Positions 36,696 to 44,256 of a stretch of 64,000 bases of DNA are shown in pieces. The first letter of the stretch is position 1; each line of letters starts with the position of its first letter. The notes beneath the pieces were generated by a model. It made no database searches and was not told the origin of the DNA. It saw only the letters and a program-made list of their open reading frames with translations. The DNA is taken from sequence record LC765218.1. One strand, written 5' to 3'. Source of the stretch: Pseudomonas phage BRkr. Both the position numbers and the translations under genes were made by a program.

Positions 36696-36704
36696 CTATA
36701 TTAC
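36696..36704 (+). promoter_or_regulatory. early-promoter-like motif CTATATTAC
   Basis: aaagcCTATATTACaactgtg (the same acaactgtg tail as at 25321), inside the small-membrane-protein array, 36 nt upstream of ATG 36740. Confidence 0.5.
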
Positions 36705-36739
36705 AACTGTGAATATACACCCACATAAAGGACAATGTA

Positions 36740-36949
36740 ATGGCTATTATCACCAATGTATTTGCTTTCGCTATCATCACTCTGTTCATCGTCTTTTTCC
36801 TGAAACAGGGACTTGCGGTCATGGGTGTCAAAACGAACCACCTGCCGATTAAACTGGCTAAAGCTTTCAATGCATCTGGTCCTTTGGCAGCAATCCTTCT
36901 TGCCGTATACTTGATCATGGCAACCTTTTATAACATCTTTCTGAGTTGA
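36740..36949 (+). CDS. small membrane protein 3 of 6 (2 TM)
   Basis: 69 aa; AAAGGA RBS; preceded by CTATATTAC motif at 36696-36704. Confidence 0.5.
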   Translation: MAIITNVFAFAIITLFIVFFLKQGLAVMGVKTNHLPIKLAKAFNASGPLAAILLAVYLIMATFYNIFLS

Positions 36950-36953
36950 TACC

Positions 36954-37142
36954 ATGGGATGGATTGTACTGATACTCACCTTCTTCGCTTCTCTTACGGT
37001 TGGAGGTGTAATGACTTTCTATGGCTTGGTAGCTAGCAGTAAAACCTTTTCAGATAGAATCTCTATGGTTCTATTTGGTGTAGTTATTATTGCTATCACC
37101 GGCTATAGTGGATATCATTTATTCGACATGCTTCCAAAATAG
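36954..37142 (+). CDS. small membrane protein 4 of 6 (2 TM)
   Basis: 62 aa; weak RBS; hydrophobic throughout. Confidence 0.45.
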   Translation: MGWIVLILTFFASLTVGGVMTFYGLVASSKTFSDRISMVLFGVVIIAITGYSGYHLFDMLPK

Positions 37143-37150
37143 GAGTTAAC

Positions 37151-37411
37151 ATGGATTTGATGTTTACTAACCCAATAGCGTTTATTTACGGGACACTTAG
37201 CCTTCCTGGACTATTGATCATGACTGGCTATGCTGTATCGTGGTTGTTCGTAATGGGTGTATGCAAGTGGCTTCCTAATTGGAAGTACCTCTGCATGTTC
37301 CTCTGCGTCAGTTGGGCAATTAGCTTTGCGATTTATCTAGTAATGATCATTACGGCCCTGGTTAGCGTGTATACCCCTCTCCAGTTACCGCCGTGGACGC
37401 TCATGAACTAA
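37151..37411 (+). CDS. small membrane protein 5 of 6 (about 3 TM)
   Basis: 86 aa; AGGAG RBS. Confidence 0.55.
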   Translation: MDLMFTNPIAFIYGTLSLPGLLIMTGYAVSWLFVMGVCKWLPNWKYLCMFLCVSWAISFAIYLVMIITALVSVYTPLQLPPWTLMN

Positions 37412-37424
37412 CAAGGAGTTAATC

Positions 37425-37664
37425 ATGGAAACCATCATGCTGATCTGGTGGATCTCTATTTCGATTATCGCTGGGTCCCTGTTCGTAGCAAAACTGGTAA
37501 AAGATAACGATGATGTTCGTCGAACTCGTTTACCAAAGAAAGATATCATCATGCTCGACCGCATTAATATGATTTGCACTGCTCTCATATGGGGAGCTGC
37601 TATCGTAGCGCTGATCACTCTCTTCTTGGGTGGTCTTTTCATGATGATTGAAGCACAAGTGTAA
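37425..37664 (+). CDS. small membrane protein 6 of 6 (2 TM)
   Basis: 79 aa; AAGGAG RBS; followed by bidirectional terminator. Confidence 0.55.
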   Translation: METIMLIWWISISIIAGSLFVAKLVKDNDDVRRTRLPKKDIIMLDRINMICTALIWGAAIVALITLFLGGLFMMIEAQV

Positions 37665-37674
37665 GACGGCATAA

Positions 37675-37720
37675 AGCTCCTACCTTCGGGTAGGAGCTAT
37701 GCTTTATTTTTTTTTATTTT
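37675..37720. terminator. bidirectional terminator between convergent genes (gacggcataaag flank)
   Basis: agctcctacc-ttcg-ggtaggagct (2 nt different from the 2046 and 12820 hairpins) then atgctttatttttttttatttt. Confidence 0.75.
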
Positions 37721-38136
37721 AATCCAAGATCTTTCTCGATTTGTCTAGCTTGCGATGTACTTTGAATAGCCTTCGACTCTGCAAGTTCAATCATGAACAA
37801 ACAATCATTAAAGGGTAGTTCAAAGAACTCTAGTAAAGATAAACCATAAATGTCATTGATCTTGTAATTGACAAACTTCCGTATCCAAGTTCTTTCAGGT
37901 CCACCTTCTACGACGTTTTCCTTAGGATGCATTCTAACCAGATCTAAAGGATCAGCCTCTGGTGAATCATGATCGAAAATACCGTAGTCTTTATGGTAGG
38001 CCTTCCTGGTCAACATTTCGGCAATAGCTGGCCTTACGGCATCTAGCGTTCGCACGAGTTCATCGAATGCACTCTTACCATTAACAGTCTTGCGACCGAA
38101 AGAGTTCATTGTAACGTGCCCGTTGTCGTCCTCCAA
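37714..38136 (-). CDS. hypothetical protein
   Basis: 140-aa ORF, last gene of a leftward three-gene operon. Confidence 0.55.
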   Translation of the reverse strand: MEDDNGHVTMNSFGRKTVNGKSAFDELVRTLDAVRPAIAEMLTRKAYHKDYGIFDHDSPEADPLDLVRMHPKENVVEGGPERTWIRKFVNYKINDIYGLSLLEFFELPFNDCLFMIELAESKAIQSTSQARQIEKDLGLK

Positions 38137-38174
38137 ATTAATTGTTAGACGACTATGCCGGGGGTCCTCGTTGA

Positions 38175-39776
38175 TTACTCCAGGTGCTTGGCTTTCTGGC
38201 CCGCCAACGTGAAAAATATTGCCATCATGTCTAGCGGTACAAGGTGCGGGAAACGTTCGTTGAATGCTTGGCCCTGAGGACCTTTACATTCTTTGCAGTT
38301 ATGCGATGGAAGAGCTACCACAGCCAGTACACAAGAGTTAGTATACTCATGTACGGTATCAAAGAACTGCTCCGCGTACTGCGGATCACTCAGAGTGTTC
38401 GCCAGATAATCACTAATGATTTCCTGATCGTCGGAAAGCAGTTGATCTTCGAAGTCTTCTACATCGTCGTCCTTTTCATAGATACCATCTACCCAATGAG
38501 CATACTGCATGGCGATAGTAGCTTTACTCAGTTTATCAATGTACGCTGAACGTTGAACACCATGTGGCGGTTCGTTAAATGTACCTTGAGACATTTCGAT
38601 CAATGTCTGAGACCACTGAGAAGCAGCCATCTTACGTTGAGCGATAGTCGGGATAGCAAGACGAACACCAATATCACCAAACCAGAATACTTTCTTACCG
38701 CCAATACCGAAACCTTCACGGTAAGCTTTGAAGTCTTCATCCGTAGCAGGTGCAAATTTCTTAGCGATAAATTTACGCTGATCATTACTGAATACAGTGT
38801 TGTCAAACCAAACGATAGACGACATGTTAAGTTTTGCAGTGATACGAGCCGTACAGTTGTCCGGGTCTGCAATACATGGAACGTCGTAGTTGAATCCATC
38901 AATGTACATTGTAGAAGCTAGGGCATGATGCAGGATAGCTTCATCAAAGATCGATAGTTCATGTTCCAGGTCACTTGGAGTAATGAAGGACTTGTTCGAT
39001 GCAATAACACAAGACAGAGCCAGGTCAGTCATCGCGTTCATCATTACGGAACCAGCGTTAGAGAACGACATACCTTTGGTTTGCATTCCCAGCCGTAGCT
39101 TGATCTGCTGCATTTCTGTTTGCAATGCGACTACTTCAGTAAGTGTCGGAGCACGCAGGCGAAGCCAGATACCCGAACGAGGCATAAACGTTTCGTATGT
39201 CGCACCAAGACCAGATTTCTTGGAGAGGTATGCCAACAGTTCTTCTTTACTGTGTCGTTTATTACGATCGATCTTTTGAGAAGGGCGGCCTGGTCGAATA
39301 AGGTTACCGTTATCATGACCAGTAATACCTTGTTGCCATACAGAACCTTCACGTTCCGTCCCACCGATAGGAGTGGGGTCAAGGTTAGTATGGTTCATAC
39401 CAGCTACTAGAGAAATCAACCAATCTCGGTCACTGCTAGTAGTAGTGAGATCACCTTGGTGCATTCCATTCAATAGCGCCGAGTGACGTTCCAATACCTG
39501 GTTAAAGGTCTTGGGGTTTTCTAGAATGAAACTCATCAAAGAGGTCATACCAGGAATAGCTTCACTAGAACAAGAACGTGTCTCAGTGAAGTTAACTGGT
39601 TTCTGGTCAATTACCAGAGGAGGTAGTTCAGCAGCAGGCGAAGAAGATACTTCTTCCGCAGGTGCGTCCGGTAGAGTGGGACCCGTGGGCCCCTGTTCTA
39701 CTTCTGCATCAGCTTGCTGTTCCCAATTACCCTCAGCAGGATAATTGTCTTCTTTATCCATATCAAGCTCTTGCAT
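38175..39776 (-). CDS. hypothetical protein with an acidic, Pro/Ala-rich disordered N-terminus
   Basis: 533-aa ORF; no Walker or nuclease motif recognised. Confidence 0.6.
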   Translation of the reverse strand: MQELDMDKEDNYPAEGNWEQQADAEVEQGPTGPTLPDAPAEEVSSSPAAELPPLVIDQKPVNFTETRSCSSEAIPGMTSLMSFILENPKTFNQVLERHSALLNGMHQGDLTTTSSDRDWLISLVAGMNHTNLDPTPIGGTEREGSVWQQGITGHDNGNLIRPGRPSQKIDRNKRHSKEELLAYLSKKSGLGATYETFMPRSGIWLRLRAPTLTEVVALQTEMQQIKLRLGMQTKGMSFSNAGSVMMNAMTDLALSCVIASNKSFITPSDLEHELSIFDEAILHHALASTMYIDGFNYDVPCIADPDNCTARITAKLNMSSIVWFDNTVFSNDQRKFIAKKFAPATDEDFKAYREGFGIGGKKVFWFGDIGVRLAIPTIAQRKMAASQWSQTLIEMSQGTFNEPPHGVQRSAYIDKLSKATIAMQYAHWVDGIYEKDDDVEDFEDQLLSDDQEIISDYLANTLSDPQYAEQFFDTVHEYTNSCVLAVVALPSHNCKECKGPQGQAFNERFPHLVPLDMMAIFFTLAGQKAKHLE

Positions 39777-39787
39777 TTTGTATTACC

Positions 39788-40384
39788 TTATTTCACGAAG
39801 GAAACAGTATCAACACCAGCTTCTTGCATCTTAGCAATGAGACCCATCAGCAGTGGTTGAACAGCTGTTTCTACTTTATGTTGGAGATTTGCGTAACCCA
39901 AAGTCAGCTTACCGATTTGATCGAGATCAGCCAGATCAGGTGTACCAGTTTTGTTTACGTGAAGAATACTAAGAGCTTCCAGAGCACTGATCATCTGTTC
40001 AATATCAGACATGCAGTTTTGCAGATCTTTAGAGAAACCTTCAGGATCACTGAGTTTACTCAGAATTTCTTCACGACGCTCCAGCGCCGGAATGATAACA
40101 ATGGAAGTAGCATTAAGAGCAGCAGCTGTAGTGCGATACAATTCGCGAAGAATGGCCCAGCCATCTTCTTTAATGAGTTGTTGTGCTGCTACAGCAGAAA
40201 CTTCTACAGCTTGGTCCAGTTGTTCTTTCGGGGACAGTGCGGTCATTTGATTGTGCTCCAATTTTGGATTATGGGGGAATATTTTATCAAGGGCTTCAGA
40301 GAGCCGTTTTTCATCTTCAGGAGTTGGTTTTGGATGGTGTATTGTATCCATCAAATTAAACGGCAGCTCACTAAACTTACTCAT
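39788..40384 (-). CDS. hypothetical protein
   Basis: 198 aa; GGAG RBS on the minus strand; first gene of the leftward operon. Confidence 0.55.
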   Translation of the reverse strand: MSKFSELPFNLMDTIHHPKPTPEDEKRLSEALDKIFPHNPKLEHNQMTALSPKEQLDQAVEVSAVAAQQLIKEDGWAILRELYRTTAAALNATSIVIIPALERREEILSKLSDPEGFSKDLQNCMSDIEQMISALEALSILHVNKTGTPDLADLDQIGKLTLGYANLQHKVETAVQPLLMGLIAKMQEAGVDTVSFVK

Positions 40385-40408
40385 TGAAGCTCCTAATGGA
40401 ATAGTGTA

Positions 40409-40450
40409 GTAACATAGATGTTACAGGAAACGTAACTTTTCACATATTAC
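40409..40450. promoter_or_regulatory. divergent promoter region: palindrome gtaacatagatgttac (minus strand reads atctatgttac) plus CACATATTAC on the + strand
   Basis: Lies between the minus operon starting at 40384 and the + gene at 40509; both are one-mismatch variants of the TCTATATTAC core, in the correct orientation for each gene. Confidence 0.35.
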
Positions 40451-40508
40451 GAAGACATACCTGCAACATAACCGTATGTTAGATATTCATTTATACAGGA
40501 TAATTCCA

Positions 40509-41360
40509 ATGAAAGAAATGCTAGATAGTATCCTCACTCCCCTAGTGATGGAAGAACGAAAAGAAATCATGCTTGAATGCGTAGCTTCCCTAGAGGAAAT
40601 GGATTACTCGGCAGCTCTTGATGAACTGCATACCGTTTGCTCTATTGCTGATGACAATGCAGACACTATGATGTTGCTTGGCCGTATCGACGATATTATC
40701 CGTGTGGCCCATGATCAGGTTCTAGCTGCACACGAAGTTAAAGTATCGGATGAGGCGACACAAGAGCAACGGCTTGCAATTGTCCATACTATTTTAGGTT
40801 TGCCAAATTATATTCTTCCTGACCAGATTGAGTTGATTCTACAAGGCGATTTCGATAATGAGGAAATTCTTGCTCATCTGGTACCTATGTTTGAACGCCT
40901 TTCTTTCGACGAAGTGTGGCCTTTAATTAATGAAGTATCTGTTTCTTTCATCGATGCTTTAAAAGCGATGGTGCAAGACACTATGATGACGCGTGGTCAC
41001 ATCGACGAATACATCGCTCCTGTATCCCGTATCCGTGTTCTTAATCGATTGATGAATACCATAGGTCGAGATAAGTTTAGTATGGTTCTCGAACTGTCTA
41101 ATTCTGGTATGCGAGTCGGACATGACTGGTTAGAACTCCTTTCTAATAGTCTTGAAAGCCTGGACAATAAGAACGCTCAAGATGCGGCTTATGAAATGGT
41201 AGGTCTTGCATTCTTCTCTAATCTTCACCTCGATAGTATCTATAGCACTGTTAAAGTTTCTATCGATGAATACACAGAGAACGAGATGGAACGTAATATC
41301 ATGGAACGGGTGATCGACGAGATCAAGCGTAAAATGGGAAAGCTCTATGAAACTGCGTGA
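40509..41360 (+). CDS. hypothetical protein
   Basis: ORF 40476-41360 trimmed to ATG 40509 (AGGA RBS). Upstream CACATATTAC motif at 40441-40450. Confidence 0.5.
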   Translation: MKEMLDSILTPLVMEERKEIMLECVASLEEMDYSAALDELHTVCSIADDNADTMMLLGRIDDIIRVAHDQVLAAHEVKVSDEATQEQRLAIVHTILGLPNYILPDQIELILQGDFDNEEILAHLVPMFERLSFDEVWPLINEVSVSFIDALKAMVQDTMMTRGHIDEYIAPVSRIRVLNRLMNTIGRDKFSMVLELSNSGMRVGHDWLELLSNSLESLDNKNAQDAAYEMVGLAFFSNLHLDSIYSTVKVSIDEYTENEMERNIMERVIDEIKRKMGKLYETA

Positions 41361-42690
41361 TTATTTCCTTTTAGGAATTAAAGCTGGTCTATGTAAAAAA
41401 CGTGCATGGATGAACAGTCTGTTCAACATCGTTTATAATAACGATGATATTCCTAACATGCCTTATAAGCCACATTTTGGTGAAGGCCGAATGTGGTTCT
41501 ACATGCCGAATGGCGATGAGAAAATTTTCATCGATGATTACATCGAAGGTCGAGCTCCTTTACACTTCCGTGATGAATTCATTTTACAACCGGGTGAAAT
41601 AGAAAACTACAAAGGTACTGAACCGTTACGTACTACGTATGGTAATGTATTCGTTAACTACCTCTGTCTGGTCCTTCCGTTCGGGGATATCTTCCCATTT
41701 CAGACAGGATATTTCTCACCTGCTAAAATTGAGAATGAGCTGCTAGATAGACTGATTGACGACCGTGAAGATGGTAACGTCACTGAACGAGCACCGGATG
41801 GTAAGATCTACGTTTGGCAATATCTAATGTTTGCGGATCATTGTCTAGCTATTCCCGCTTACGCAGATAGCCTTGTTACTTCTGTTACACGTAAATCGAT
41901 GACTGCTCACCCAGACAGAGATAAAGTACGTACAGCTCTTTTGGAACAATATAAAGATCAATTAACTGACCCAGCTATTGTTGCAAAAATAGGTAACGAA
42001 CTTATTAAGATGGATGAAGAGTATCTATCTGACGATGAGTCGTATGAGTTCTATGATGCAAAACATGCTAAGCTATTCGGCGGTGTTCGTAAGAAAGTTC
42101 ACTATCTATTTGGTGGTGAATCTCCGTTCTCGGATGGTACGTCGGTTGAACTTATCTCTAAGTCACTTGAAGAAGGCATTGATACAGATCACATGCCTGT
42201 GATGAACAACTCTCTTCGTTATGGTTCTTATAACCGTGGTGCTCAGACTGCATTGGGTGGCGAGTCCACCAAGACTATTTATCGAATGGTCGGTACAGTC
42301 CGAATTATAGAACCTGACTGTAAAACACATATTGGTGTTCCAACGCGAGTAGATAAGTTTAATGCTAAAGAACTCGTTGGTTACACTATGGTTAAGGATG
42401 GAGAATCCATTCTTATTACCTCTGAAAACATTGATGGACTCATGGGTCAAATTATCGATGTACGCGGTCCAATGACGTGTAAGTCTGGACGTGACATTGA
42501 AAAGGGTATCCTTGGACGAGATAAGAATATCTGTGCTACTTGTGCGGGTAAAGCTCTTGCTGAGAACCCCAACGGTATTCCTGCTGCGGCAGCTGGTGTG
42601 GGTGGACGCTTCTTGAGTATCTTCATGTCGAAGATGCACAGTGCTACTCTGAAGACTGTTAAATGGGACCCGGTCCGTCGTCTTTCTTAA
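41347..42690 (+). CDS. second RNA polymerase beta-prime-like segment (bridge helix + Zn-II, ending at the start of the trigger loop)
   Basis: [24 protein letters not shown] resembles the bridge helix [86 protein letters not shown] parallels VRSVVSC...GVCAHCYGRDLARG...[25 protein letters not shown]. Distinct from 32495-34468, implying a second RNAP set. Confidence 0.6.
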   Translation: [447 protein letters not shown]

Positions 42691-42695
42691 GACAA

Positions 42696-42718
42696 AGGGG
42701 AATCTTACCAATTCCCCT
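42696..42718 (+). terminator. stem-loop after the second beta-prime-like gene
   Basis: aggggaat-cttacca-attcccct; weak U-tract. Confidence 0.4.
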
Positions 42719-42752
42719 AATTCTTTGACTATTCACAAACTAGGAAATCCCC

Positions 42753-44183
42753 ATGGCTAAAAATCGAAATCGTGGTTTCTCTATTCCTACCGTAGCTAAA
42801 CTGGTAGAACCTGTTACTCCCGTTATTCCGGAAACTCCCCAAGAGACACCGGTTGAATACGGTCCCCTTTCTATTGAAGAACTACAAGCTGCTTTCGAAG
42901 GTCATGATGACAACGAAGTAGCAGCACTCGTAGCTCCTGTTCTAGCTGCACTTCATCGTGATGCGTTCTATGATGACGATGGTCGGATGCTGACTTGCGG
43001 TGAAGTTGTTGATAAGTTCGATACCGATGTTGAATCTGAAGCCGAAGCTGAAGACAGTGGTGACCCTAAAGGAGAAGAAGAAAGTGATCTCGAAGAGACT
43101 ACTGATCTTCCTCCGGAAGGTGAAACCGAAGAAGAGCTGGCTGATCCAGAACCTACCCCCGCTCTGGTCGATCTGCTTCGAGAAGAAGCTACCGCAGCTA
43201 TTTCTGAACCTGAAGTAGTTGAGGAAGTCAAGCCTCTCGTTGATACTCCTGTATCGGGTTGGACTAAAGAAGAACTCGAACTGTATATCAAAGGCGAGCT
43301 TGTTGAAGATGTTCGTTACAATGTTCTGAAGGAAGCTATTGTTGAACATCAACGCCGTGAAGCTACTCTTGATCTAGCCTGGAATCCACAGCAATGTAAA
43401 GAGTTCCTTGTCAGTGGTATTGTTCCTGACAAAACTTCTAAAGGTGCTTGGAAATCCGACATCACTCGTTTTGCACGTAAAGCAACTCAATGGACCACAC
43501 AAGAACTTGAAAGCTGGGCTCTTGGTGAGATTCGCCCAGAGGGTTCTACCAGTGAACCCGCACTGGCCGTTGAACTGAAAGAACGTTTGATGTTGGTTAG
43601 TAAGAGCAATGCTCCTGAAGATGTCATCCTGGCTTATAAAGCTCAAACCGGACAGACAACTCAGACTACCCATTTGACCGGAACTATTCCGACTGCGGCT
43701 GCTCCGAAAGTAGATGTCGAAGCTGTTCGTATCCAACTCTCCTACGAAGGACTTACCGAAGTGAACCAAACTTACATTGAAGAAACTCTCAAGAAATACA
43801 AAGAAATTTGTGCTCCGGGTAAACCACTGACTCCGCAAACTGGTGTCATGGCGCAGAAACAACTGGATAACGTTATTCGTTATGTTATCAATCTCGAAGA
43901 TCCAGTTGGCTTTAAGAACGGTATGGAAATTATTCGGAAATTCATCACCGAAAACCGTAAGTCTCCTGGCCTGTTCGATGATAGCCATGCATTCCGTTTC
44001 ACTGATGGTTTGAGTGTTCAAGGTGGTGTACAAGAATCGCACATTCAGATCCTGACTCTGTTCTTCATCTTCGCCGATGAGAACAAAGAAGCGCGGACCC
44101 AGTACGATGTTCCTAGTCTGGTATCCCTCTTCCCGACTAAGCGTCAACCTCTCCTGCTTCAGTACTTCCAACAAGTACAGTAA
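42753..44183 (+). CDS. hypothetical protein with an acidic low-complexity N-terminal region
   Basis: 476 aa; AGGAAA RBS; acidic Glu/Asp/Pro-rich region (residues ~75-130). Confidence 0.6.
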   Translation: MAKNRNRGFSIPTVAKLVEPVTPVIPETPQETPVEYGPLSIEELQAAFEGHDDNEVAALVAPVLAALHRDAFYDDDGRMLTCGEVVDKFDTDVESEAEAEDSGDPKGEEESDLEETTDLPPEGETEEELADPEPTPALVDLLREEATAAISEPEVVEEVKPLVDTPVSGWTKEELELYIKGELVEDVRYNVLKEAIVEHQRREATLDLAWNPQQCKEFLVSGIVPDKTSKGAWKSDITRFARKATQWTTQELESWALGEIRPEGSTSEPALAVELKERLMLVSKSNAPEDVILAYKAQTGQTTQTTHLTGTIPTAAAPKVDVEAVRIQLSYEGLTEVNQTYIEETLKKYKEICAPGKPLTPQTGVMAQKQLDNVIRYVINLEDPVGFKNGMEIIRKFITENRKSPGLFDDSHAFRFTDGLSVQGGVQESHIQILTLFFIFADENKEARTQYDVPSLVSLFPTKRQPLLLQYFQQVQ

Positions 44184-44190
44184 ACATAAC

Positions 44191-44220
44191 GCCCTCCCTT
44201 CAGGGAGGGCTTTATGCCGG
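44191..44220 (+). terminator. hairpin + CTTTATGCCGG element
   Basis: gccctccc-ttca-gggagggc then tttatgccgg. Confidence 0.5.
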
Positions 44221-44256
44221 CAATGGTATAGGTTTTAAGAAAGAACAGGATTACAT

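Noticed and set aside
41347-44183. 42753-44183 as the continuation (trigger loop onward) of the second beta-prime-like protein
   Set aside because: Its sequence (acidic low-complexity N-terminus, no MRTFHxGG-like trigger-loop or jaw motifs) gives no support. Left as hypothetical.
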